Shown here: in pieces, positions 53,440 through 64,000 of the stretch
Layout: each line of letters opens with the position of its first letter
Numbering within the stretch: position 1 is the first letter of the stretch
The notes under the pieces: generated by a model
Database searches by the model: none
What the model saw: the letters and a program-made list of their open reading frames with translations, nothing else
Told to the model about the DNA's origin: nothing
Program-made: the position numbers and the translations under genes
From: Octopus vulgaris
Lineage: Eukaryota
NCBI GenBank assembly: GCA_951406725.2
Contig: OX597837.1
Location: 15,066,001 to 15,130,000, forward strand
Direction: 5' to 3'
DNA length: 64,000 nt

Positions 53440-53604
53440 TCATTCCGTGTGAAATGTCAATATGGCTGTTGCGTCGGAATTGGTACCGGATACAATACAG
53501 TTACTGGGTGCCACGCTTGTTGAGTTGCTGCCGTCTGTTGAGTTTGTGACCGCTTCTAAACCTTCGGTGACATCAAAGTGCTGCTGTTGCTGCTCAGCAA
53601 GTTG
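53440..53604 (-). CDS. ZNF143: ZNF143-like terminal coding exon QLAEQQQQHFDVTEGLEAV...ILTFHTE*
   Basis: Strong polypyrimidine tract plus cag; phase 0; TGA at 53442-53440; followed by ~1 kb of probable 3' UTR with minus-strand AATAAA at 52449-52444. Confidence 0.8.
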   Translation of the reverse strand, partial: QLAEQQQQHFDVTEGLEAVTNSTDGSNSTSVAPSNCIVSGTNSDATAILTFHTE

Positions 53605-54469
53605 CTGGAAAAAGGAAAAATAAAAAGTCAAATTACACACACACACGCACACTGATAGACAGAGGCCGACAGATATATAGATGCACAGAGGTAGACAGAC
53701 AGACAGGTAGATACAGAGAGAGAGAGAGAGATAGAAAGACAGACAGGTAACATATCAAGATATTATTTCAAGTACTCAAACCAGCCTCAGATCAAAGACT
53801 AGGCTCAAATGCTTGTAAGAGAGTGGACTTCTAACGGCCAGGTGGTGGTGGTGTTAAACTGACTGACAGATTAAATTTTTTTGCACTCCAGAACAGGTAT
53901 GGTCCATCCAAATAGCTTCCGCCCAGTTCCTATTCAATTTCATTCAAAGAGATTGGATCAACCAAACCCTTGGATCGATCCAAGTCCAGTTATGCCTGCA
54001 CTCATGGATAGAAAGGGACGAAAGCTTCTGAGATGTGCAAAGCAGTGAGAAAAGCAAATCCATTTAAAATGAAAACCTGAATCACTTACAGAAACCCATT
54101 CTTGCCATTGGTGATGAATGGTATGACCTGTGGCTAAATTCTTTCACAGAACCGGCTCAGCTGCAAGTCTCAAAGAAAGTCCCCGCCTGTTGGCAACCAT
54201 CAGAATCAAATTGAAGAAATTACATTCTGCCTCCATTTTACTTCATTGCTGAAATTGAAGTTTTTGCTTCACAAAGTTGGTCGTGTAACCCACGAATCAT
54301 ATGCAAATCAGTTCACAAAACCTCTTTCTATTAGTCAGTAAAAATAAAATGTGTGTACTACATCATATGAAATGTGTAGAATTCCAGAAAGTACCATTCT
54401 ATAAAAAATAAGTTACCTCGGTTCCCTTGTCTCAAATGCACAGAACCAAGTTATTACTTGGTCCCTATA

Positions 54470-54876
54470 CACTAGAACAGTTAACATTCATTTTTCAAGT
54501 GACTAGCTTCAATTGTTTATTATTATTATTATTATTTACAATGAGTCATTAGAAGCAACTTGTCAGAGGATAAAGACAAAATTCTAATTGACTCCATCTT
54601 ACCTGAAATGCATGAAATTGCGAAGGGTCTGCTACAACAAACACTTGTTGGTTAGGATCCCCTCCAATACTGATGCGAGCCATTCCATGCTGTTGGAGAC
54701 CCTGGTTGAAAACCACTGCACTAGAGGTTAACATTGATTTTTCAAGTGACTAGCTTCATTTGTTTATTATTATTATTATTATTATAATTATTTACAATGA
54801 CTCATTAGAAGCAAGTTGTCAGAGGATAAAGACAAAAACTGGACTGAAAAATGACAAAATTCTAATTGACTCCATC
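54470..54876. repeat. Direct repeats (54470-54598 and 54719-54876) bracketing a ZNF143-like exon
   Basis: Both copies read cactaga..gttaacatt.atttttcaagtgactagcttca...gtcagaggataaagacaaaa...ttctaattgactccatc. Confidence 0.85.
54603..54701 (-). CDS. ZNF143: ZNF143-like exon GLQQHGMARISIGGDPNQQVFVVADPSQFHAFQ
   Basis: aaccag / CAG|gtaaga; 99 nt, phase 0-0; a second in-frame acceptor would start the exon at 54689. Confidence 0.8.
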
Positions 54877-55134
54877 AATTAAATGAAAAGAGGGACATGC
54901 CCCATGGAACAGACACTGGCACTCTTCACAGTCCCCAGGCTTGCCAGATCGTTAAATCGCCTGCAGGGCAACCATTGTGTTGTCTTCTGAAAAGGAGCAC
55001 TGCTTAGGCTTTGAGTGAATAACAGGAGAAAGATGAACATTACTTCTTAATATCTATTCATTGATTGCTATCAAAAGGTTGGCAAGCCCGAAGCCTATTA
55101 TGAAAAAAGGTTATTGGTCAGTGTTAATAGTTAC

Positions 55135-55289
55135 CTGTTGGCCTTCAGATGTGTAGCACACCTGTCCTTCTGAGGTGTTGATAACGAGTGTACCTTCACT
55201 GTCTTCGGGCAAACCACTTCCATCAGCAGCACTTAAACTGTAGTGCAGACGAGGTTTCTTTTCAAGACTCTCACCTCCATCGTCAATAT
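55135..55289 (-). CDS. ZNF143: ZNF143-like C-terminal region exon (D)IDDGGESLEKKPRLHY...TSEGQQ
   Basis: ttgcag / CAG|gtaact; 155 nt, phase 1-0; KKPR is NLS-like. Confidence 0.82.
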
Positions 55290-56467
55290 CTGCAATAATT
55301 AAACAAAGAATCAATAAGAGTCAATAAAAAGGGTTCGTTGTGAAGAAAAATATTGATTAAAGTTTAAAATGAAACCAGTTTCTGAAAGTGAGAAGCAAAA
55401 TGATTGATTGTGCTTGAAGAGGAAGACCCATGAAGCCAAGTAAGATTGCAGTTGTGGCAGATACCAGTGTCACGCAAATGGCACCTGTGCCAGTGGCACA
55501 TAAAAGCACTTTTTGAGCATTGAGCCTCATGGAGGCAAGGACTGAGGCCATTTGACATTATGCTGGGCTTTGAGCATTGGGCCTCACGAAGGCAATGATC
55601 GAATCCATTTGGCATTATGCCATGCTTGAGAAGAAGACCCATCAAGCCAAGTAAAACCACAGTCATGGAAGATACTGGTGTCACGCAAATGGCACCTGTG
55701 CCAGTGGTATGTAAAAGCACCCATTACACTCTCGGAGTGGTTGGCATTAGGAGGGGCATCCAGTCATAGAAACCATGCCTAAACAGATTGCAGCCTGGTG
55801 CAGCCCCTCGGCTTACCAGCCCTGGTCAAACCATCCAACCCATGCTGGCATGGAAAACGGACACTAAATGATGATGATGATGATGATGAAGAAGAATATT
55901 AATTAAATTTTAAAACAAAGTCAGTTTCTGAATGTGAGGACGATGCGTATAATCGACCGATTACCAACTGGAGCACAAAATGCTGAGCAGCTGCTTGAGA
56001 AGAATGGTTCAAGCCAAGGGAGAGGGTAGTCGTGGCTGATACCAGTGTTTCGTAACTGGCACCCGTGCCGGTAGCACGTAAAAAGTACCCAGTACACTCT
56101 CGGAGTGGTTGGCATTAGGAAGGGCATCCAGCTGTAGAAACCATGCCAAATCAGATTAGAGCCTGGTGCAGCTCCTCAGATTGCCAGTTTTCAGTCAAGC
56201 CATCCAACCCATGCCAGCATGGAAAACGGATGCTGGATGATGATGATGATGACAATAATGATGATGATGAATAGCTTCTAGTTTTGCATTCTGGGTTCAA
56301 ATGCTACCAAGGTTGACTTTGCTTCTCATTGATTTGGAGTTGATAAAATAATTACAATTTGAGCACTTGGGGCAATGAAATCAACTTGCCCCTCTCCCCA
56401 TCAAAATCAATTCCCTTGTGCCAAAAATTTGGAAGAATTATTTCCCATGATGTGAAGAGGAACTTAC

Positions 56468-56701
56468 CTGGAGGCTGTTCACCACTCAAGAGTTGAGCTG
56501 CTTCACTCTCAGCAGTCACCTCTTCCCCGTGGGCAGTCCGTTTGTGCATTGCCAACGTGGAGGTTTGCCGATATGTCTTACCACAGTGGTTGCACACGTA
56601 AGGCTTGGAATGAGTGTGAACAACATGATGTTTATATAAGCTAGAATATTCTGTAAACCGCTTGCCACAATCTTGCACAGTGCAGACATAAGGTTTTTCC
56701 C
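56468..56701 (-). CDS. ZNF143: ZNF143-like exon, fingers 6-7 ([14 protein letters not shown]; [15 protein letters not shown]) plus linker
   Basis: 234 nt, phase 1-1; cccag / gtaagt. Confidence 0.93.
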
Positions 56702-57153
56702 CTGGGAAATAAATATTAATAAACAAAATAAATACATATATCGAAATATCAAATACTCACACCTACCCACCCATCAATAACATCATATTAAATGTCACCA
56801 TTGACATGGAAGTTACTGCAGTTTTCATCTGAGATTAAAACAAAACCTCTTATGGACATACTATGCTTCAGACAATAAATATCACATACACACACACATA
56901 TATATATATAATTAATGTAGGATAAAATTTTTTTCCCGAAAAATTTTTATCCTACATTAATTATAAATTGAATAGTGTTCACTTCCGGATTCTCTCTCAC
57001 TCTGTGAAAATTTCTAGTTCGAATCACACGTGTCTCGAGATGTGCCGAAAGATTTTCTATTTTGGATATATTTGGGGTACTTAGGTCTGCTCGGGACTTA
57101 GTGCTTGCTTTTTCCATGGGTATGAGTAAGTATTTCACTTATATCTCATGTAT

Positions 57154-57215
57154 TTATCGCTGAAGAGGGGAAAATTTTCTTATGAATTAACCCCGAAATT
57201 GGACCAATACGGTAA
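57154..57215 (+). ncRNA. Type I hammerhead ribozyme motif with near-palindromic helix III
   Basis: ttatcg-CTGAAGA-gggg(20 nt)cccc-GAAA-ttgg(a)ccaa-TA-cggtaa. Confidence 0.72.
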
Positions 57216-57340
57216 TAACAAATTTTTTAGAGATTTCTATCGGTTTGTTTTGAGACACATGAACTATAATGGTTTATTGACAATTATTGTCTTTTTTCGG
57301 CATATTTGACATTAGAATTTTTCTTTTGCCCTTATCTTGT

Positions 57341-57378
<38 letters not shown>

Positions 57379-58127
57379 GGTTTGTAGGTGATGTACAGGT
57401 ATTATATATTAGAAGAAATGAGGTACTCAGAAATCCAGATGGTTTCATATTTACAGATTTTTATTAGTATGCCACATGATTTTATAAATCATATATTAGC
57501 ACTTGCATCTACTCTAGTAGAATCTCCAGATTTGAATGTGTTTGAGAGGATCGTCTCTTTTTATAGTATTATTGAGTGTGTAGGGGTGGGGAGAGATATA
57601 GGATTATTTTAGATGTAAATATAAAACCATCCATATTTCTTCTAATACACACACACATATATATACAAATATACAAATGTACAAATTTAGGAATGATACA
57701 TCTCTTGATGGTTAAAGGACAAGACTGACTGAAAGATAACAACGAAATAAATATTGGCTGGCACCATGCAAAAGGTATGCAGTACACTATACAAAGGTGT
57801 TGGCATTAGGAAGGACATCCAGCCATAGAAACATGCCAAAACAGACGATAGGAGCCTGATGCAGCCCTCCAGCCTGGCCAGCTCCTGTCAAACTGTCCAA
57901 CCTATGCCAACAGACTGTAGGTGATGATGATGATGATGATGATGATACACACCGTGGTTGAGAGTGATGCTCTGGAAAATCATCCTGTTAACACCAATAT
58001 GATTAACAATAATAAGTGGAAAGTTTAAAAAAGAATCAGAAAATGACCTCCCATGGGTACGAATGACAATCACAAGCTTTGTATAAGTGAATAGGAAAAG
58101 ACTATCAATTTACAATGGGATGCTTAC

Positions 58128-58307
58128 CTGTATGTATTCGGACATGGTTTTTATAGTTGGTTGCTGAAGCAAAAGCTCGTCCACAGCCGTCTTCCTGACA
58201 GGTGTAAGGCCTCTCACCTGTGTGTGTTCGGATGTGAACTTTACGGATATTGGATGTGGTAAACGATCTTTCACAACCCACAAACGGACATTTAAATGGT
58301 CTTTCAC
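58128..58307 (-). CDS. ZNF143: ZNF143-like exon, fingers 4-5 ([10 protein letters not shown]; [10 protein letters not shown])
   Basis: 180 nt, phase 1-1; AG / gtaagc. Confidence 0.93.
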
Positions 58308-58689
58308 CTACAAGATGGAAGAAAAAGAAAGAGAAATGAAAAAAAAAAAACGGAGAATAAAGTTGGAAGAGATGATGTTGAGAATGAGAGATGAATTTTG
58401 AAAGGGATTAGTTCCAGGGAGAGGGGAGGTAACTGGTAGCACAAAGGGGGGTGAATTATGTGCATCTTCTGCTCATATGATTAGTGCTCTATTTAAAAGA
58501 GGGACAAGATGGGTGACAGGGACGACTTGATAGGGAAAGACTGGGTGCAAGGGCAAGGCTCAGTGAGTGTCTAGACATAAGCATAATATTTTTAGGACCT
58601 CGCTTTCATTAAGATGAAAGGGTCTCCTTGAAGCACAGCAAACTGGCACTCATCTCAGTCCTTTGTCATACCCCCTGTGAAGCTCAACA

Positions 58690-59075
58690 GTTTAAGATCA
58701 GCCTTCACTGCTTCGTCCTGTGTCTTCTTTGGGTTGCTTTCTTCCAAAAGTTCCATCTATATTTAGTAATTGACACTATACAGTTTTTGTCCTCCATACA
58801 CATCACATAGCCATACCAGCACCCAGCCTTTTCTCTTGTACACTACATCTGATTTCTCTTCTGCCTAATTTTTTCTCTAAACGTATCGGAACTTAGTCAT
58901 ACAGGCTCACTCATGCTGTACGTCCACTGGAGCATATTAGCTTCATTCCTTTCTAATCTTTGTATGTCCTCTGCATCCAGAAACCACATTTCACAACCAT
59001 CAAACACTGTTGTTTGTACACAAGCATCATACAATCTGCCTTTCATTCTGGGAGAGAAACCTTTTGTTACTGACA
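58690..59075 (-). mobile_element. RTE LINE C-terminal fragment
   Basis: KGRLYDACVQTTVFDGCEMW...RLERNEANML motif. Confidence 0.65.
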
Positions 59076-59085
59076 GAGATCATAG

Positions 59086-59126
<41 letters not shown>

Positions 59127-59175
59127 GAAAAAAAGTCAAGATAGAAAAGCTAAAATAATTTTATAAAAAACATTT

Positions 59176-59211
59176 CAGTACCGGTTTCAGTCATTGAGAC
59201 TTTTTCAACTG
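59176..59211 (-). ncRNA. Minimal hammerhead motif with U3-A8 core variant
   Basis: minus strand: cag-TTGAAAA-agtc(tcaat)gact-GAAA-ccgg-TA-ctg. Confidence 0.55.
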
Positions 59212-59547
59212 TAAAAATTAAGCAATTAAATTTAGAAAAATTAAAAGAAAAGATTTTTTAAAAGAATATTTGCATAGTGTTCAAATACAAGTGGCATTTC
59301 CCTTGTTTCTGCCTGTTTCTGTCTCTCTGGTTTACTCTTGATGTAATTGATGTAGGCAGCAGTAAGCAATGTGTACCAACAAGGAAAACTATATCATTAA
59401 ATATGACTGAGGGTGTTAGAAACACCTACATTGCTAGAAATAAGAGCTAAACACTCTCATACTGCAATCAAAGCACACATAATTGTATACATACATGCTG
59501 ACAGACTGTAATCACCTGAAAAGCAACAGTCAAGATATATATCTATG

Positions 59548-59584
<37 letters not shown>

Positions 59585-59705
59585 TGTAACTTGAGTTCTG
59601 CCAAGTATAAATTTGAAACTCTTACTATAACAAGAATTTTGTAATAAGTGTTTTGCTGTGGAATATAATGAAATGTGTAAAGAAAGCATTGCTGTGTGTT
59701 CTAAC

Positions 59706-59907
59706 CTGTGTGAGTTCGAACATGTTTTTGTAAATCCCCAGATGTCTTGAATGCTTTATCACAGTTTTCTTCAGGGCACTTGTAAGGTTTCTCGCCAGTA
59801 TGGACTCTGGTATGACTCTTCAGGCCATACCCAGTGGCAAATGCCTTTCTGCAACCAGGAAATTTGCACTTGAAAGGACGATCTCCTGTATGGGACCGCT
59901 CATGAAC
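59706..59907 (-). CDS. ZNF143: ZNF143-like exon, end of finger 1 plus fingers 2-3 ([12 protein letters not shown]...[11 protein letters not shown]...[16 protein letters not shown])
   Basis: 202 nt, phase 0-1; recognition helices ATGYGLKSH and TSGDLQKH typical of ZNF143/ZNF76. Confidence 0.93.
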
Positions 59908-60446
59908 CTAGAAAGAGAAGTGAAAATAACAAGTAAGCCAAAAAGAGAATTACTATACAGGGTTACCAACATTATATATATCATCATCATCATCATTTGA
60001 TTCCATTTTTCCATGCTTGCTTCAAAGAATTTATTGAGGGAGATTTTCTATGGCTGGACGCCCTTCTTGTTCAAAACAAGGTAATATTCTCCCATAGCTA
60101 GACATCCTATTCATGGAAGACTGGGAAACAACCCCACTTGTATGTCAATGATGCTTGTTTACAACCATCACATGCTGTCTAAAGAAAATTAAACACACAT
60201 GCATATATGTATATGAAGGGCTTCCACATAGTTTCTGCTACCAAATCCTCTCATAAGGCTTTGGTTGGCTCAGGGCTGTAGTAGAAAACACTTGCTCAAA
60301 AAGGTTAACCCCCAAGAAATTTATAAATTTAAATGATAATTTAAGATGAATATTTTTGCATCATATACAACCAGAGTCAATGACAGATGGCTTGGTAGTG
60401 AAAGGGGTTAATTAATAGATTAGTTGACAGCGAGACATCTACTCAC

Positions 60447-60572
60447 CTTTAGATGGTGTTGTGTTGTATACAAACGCTCACAGCCTTCAAATACACATCG
60501 ATAGGACCGTTCTCCAGGAATTGCAAGTCCTTTGTCTGCTGTGGTCAATGGGCTGGAGTTTGTAATTACTGC
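60447..60572 (-). CDS. ZNF143: ZNF143-like exon, start of finger 1 (AVITNSSPL...RSYRCVFEGCERLYTTQHHLK)
   Basis: AG / gtgagt; 126 nt, phase 0-0; matches the ZNF143 finger 1 pattern CxxxGCxxLYTTxHHLK. Confidence 0.9.
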
Positions 60573-61518
60573 CTAAACAGAGGAATTGGACATTACAACA
60601 AAAAATGAAAAAGGAAAAACTATTTTAACAATCAAGAAGTGAGAATAAAACTTGATAAATCTAAAAACCAAAATCTCACACGAACAGATATCAGAGACAT
60701 TGCATAAAGACATCTTGTTATAAAACCTCAGCTCCATTTATTTATATGTGCTCTGGTACAGACAATAATTCTTTCTACTACAGGCATAAAGCCAGAAATT
60801 TTATGGGGTGGGGGGGATAGTTGATTATATTGACCCCAGTGCTCAACTGGGGCTTATTTTATGAACCCTAAAAGATGAAAAGCAAAATGGACTTCAATGG
60901 AATTTGAACTCAGAACGTAAAGCCAGAAGAATACTACTAAGCATTTTGTGTTGCAGGTTAACGATTCTGCCACCTTACAGGTATGCTCTACCAATTCTGT
61001 GGATCTTTTATCTTTTACCTGATTCAGTCATTGGACTATGGCCATACTGGGGCACAGCCTTGAAGGGTTTACTCAAACAAATCAACACCAGTTACTGATT
61101 TTTTTGAAGTCTGATACTCAGGTCACTTTTGCTAAGTTCATGGGGACATAAACAAACCAACAACAGTTGTCAAGTAGTGGGCAAGCTGAGAAACACAAAC
61201 ACAAAGAACATACACATACACAGTTATATATATATATATTGCTTAGGCACTGCAAGACTAATAACCTAGTGTAGAACTCAATATATGTGTACTTCAGAAC
61301 AAAGTGTTAGTTGAGTGCAGAGCAATGATAAGATGATAAATGCATAAGCAATTATCTTTGGAACTCCATTAGCTTACAGTTGTTTCTGCTAGAAGATGCA
61401 CTGAACTCATAGGTGAGTGCCTGAGTAACACCTTATAGCTTCGTTGGAGCCCCTTGAATATGAAGGCTGTTAATTAATGAAGGTCATAAGATAATCATCT
61501 ATTCCTTTCTCCTCTCAT

Positions 61519-61584
<66 letters not shown>

Positions 61585-61607
61585 CAAAGTCTTAGTAAGT
61601 AGGAAGG

Positions 61608-61730
61608 CAGACAAATCACAAATCCCTTCGGGTAGACAACCCTGCACAATCTGTAGAAAAGGCATAGGTAGAAACTCTATACAATGCACCCGATGTAAGC
61701 TTTGGTCACATAAAAGGTGCAGCAATATCA
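61608..61730 (+). mobile_element. RTE LINE Cys-rich fragment
   Basis: PCTICRKGIGRNSIQCTRCKLWSHKRCSNI. Confidence 0.55.
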
Positions 61731-62902
61731 CAAGGCCAAAAGTTTTGGGGTAGATGGGGGCAAGTTGATTACATCGACCTTGGCACATAGCTGGTACTTG
61801 TTTTATTAACCTTGAAAGGGGATGACGGGTAAAGTCAACCTTAGTGGAATCTGAATTCAGAATGTAAAAGACTCGGAAGCATTTTGTCCAGTGAGAAGAA
61901 TCTGAAGTAGGTTGCAGGTGAGTGGCTTAGCCAGGACATTTTCCTGCTAGGGTCGGTCAGATATTTTACCTATGGTAAGTGCAACAACATTGTCGTCAAC
62001 AAATTCATCAAGGCTGAGAGAGACCTCTTATGAGTGACACTCGAGAACAGAACTCAGTGGATCTTGCTCTACAGAAGCCATCAGATGATTGCTGAGGAGA
62101 GAATAAGACCCAAGGTGTTGGAGAAGGTGAATTAATGAATGTTTTACTACCTATGAGATGTTGGAAGTGAACAAAACAGGGAGATGGATGGGTTACCCTA
62201 GTTATGGACTGTAATACAGTTTCAAAGATCAGGACAGATTCTAAGAGAGAGAGAGAGAGAGACTGAAAAGTTTGGCAAGTATAGGATCTAGCTGAGGGGC
62301 ACAGTGAATGTAATGGAAGGGGTGTAGGGATATTAACGGGGCTGGTGGGATTATCAGTTTGAAGTAACAGGAAATGTTCTTGGCATATACGGAGAATTGT
62401 GGAATGCAGTAGAAAAGTTTTGAGTGTGTGTAATGTGAAGCTGGATGCAAATTAGACAGCAAATGTAGCCGACTTCGCGAATATTGCTTAGAGAAGAGCC
62501 ATCTTGGTTTCATGATTGGTGGGAAGGGGTTTTTTGAAAAGCTGACAGAGATTCTTTTGGAAAGAGACCAGAAGGACTGAGTACAGTTTGAGAGGCAGGC
62601 AATGCAATGCAAAAAGACATCTTTTGCATTATGGGTGGTCGCCTTGCATGAGATGCCACGGTGAATTACCCAACCACATAAACCAAAGTTTGTAAAATTA
62701 AGTGTGTGGATCTGTGGTACAACGCTATGCTAATAGAAGGCATCGAGCAGTGGGACCCATCAGCTGAGAGTTCCTCATCCATTTGAGGCTTTTATCTCAG
62801 TCTCCACCAGAGTAACAGACACAGATACATGGCAAGCCGAAAACGTCAACAGCAAGATTTCTCATGATTATCACACACTACAATATTATGCATCCAACTT
62901 AC

Positions 62903-62959
62903 AATGCCAGTGGGTTTCACATCAATGTCATCCTCATTCAGAGAATTTTCATCTGTAAG
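62903..62959 (-). CDS. ZNF143: ZNF143/ZNF76-like exon LTDENSLNEDDIDVKPTGI (5' exons outside window)
   Basis: minus-strand ttttctttatag acceptor and gtaagt donor; 57 nt; exit phase 0 fits the next exon; an alternative acceptor at 62952 is possible. Confidence 0.65.
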
Positions 62960-64000
62960 CTATAAAGAAAAGGAGAATTCACAGGATGTGATTTCACTTT
63001 AGATATGCGTTGATTGAATACATATAGGTTTGGGCAACGACTGCGCTCAACATATGCATCGTGAGCAGCAGGAACGGTAAAGGAAATGCCTTTAGTACAA
63101 AGTAACCACAGAGCCATTAAAACTGACAGAAAGCAGCAGAGTTACAGCAAAGCTAGTCACGAAGACCACTTCACTTACAAGGAAAATTTTTAGCCAAGAA
63201 CAAATCACTATTCATAGAACATGAAACCTCGTTACTCACTGAACCTAGAACCCTGTGGTTTGGAAGTAGACTTCTTACCATACAGCCATACCTATGCCAC
63301 CTTCATGAGATTCAATCTATTTTGAGTAATCTTCATCACTTTGTCTCACGTTTTCTCAGGTCTCCCTCTAAGACAGGTTCCACCACTTCAAGTGCTCGGT
63401 ACTTCTTTATACAACTCAACATCCTTCATATACATCACATGATCGTGCTAACACAATCTCACTCCCATACACACACACACATATATACAACAGGCTTCTT
63501 TCAGTTTCCATCTACCTAATCCACTCACAAAGCTTTGGTGGGCCAAAGGCTATATCAGAAGACACTTACCCAAGATGTCGTGCAATGAGACTGAACCTGG
63601 AACCAAGTGGTTGGGAAACAACCTTCTTAACCACACAGCCATGACTGTATTTGATATTTGTATGATTATATCAGGCAAAGATCAATAGATCCGAAAATGA
63701 ATATCCTGGGTCACATAAATATTCTATTGAATTATCTCCCTTCAGGCCAATAACCACTTCACATCTATTTTACAAGAACAAAGAAGCCAGTGCAGACAAG
63801 TAAGGAGAGATGTACGTAACTAAACTCTCAAAGGCACAGCCAAAGTACAACCAGTAAAAGAAGAATAAAAGAATGGTGAGGCTGAGAGAAGATCACCAGA
63901 ACTTAACTCATGTCAGATGAAAATTTCTGTCACATCTGCCAATGTTGCTTGATTTGGAATTACTTAAACACTCCAATTAATAAATGAATTATTTATATCT

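Overview
AT-rich eukaryotic genomic DNA dense in SINE/LINE fragments and microsatellites; repeat style and gene content suggest an Octopus (inference). It holds two convergent intron-containing genes. On the + strand is the 3' two-thirds of a dihydropyrimidinase/CRMP gene (exons 847-37186, polyA signal ~38132). On the - strand is the 3' part of a ZNF143/ZNF76 (Staf)-like seven-zinc-finger gene (exons 62959-53440). Main finding: two paralogous 121-nt exons (6807-6927, 9014-9134) that must be mutually exclusive by frame and switch a metal-ligand His (enzyme-type) to Lys (CRMP-type). Also seen: a candidate 42-nt Rbfox-flanked cassette exon in the 18.6-kb last intron, several complete or near-complete hammerhead ribozyme motifs in short elements next to microsatellites, and long intronic hairpins. 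Most ORFs in the supplied track are microsatellite or repeat artefacts. All structures were read by eye; no database searches were run.
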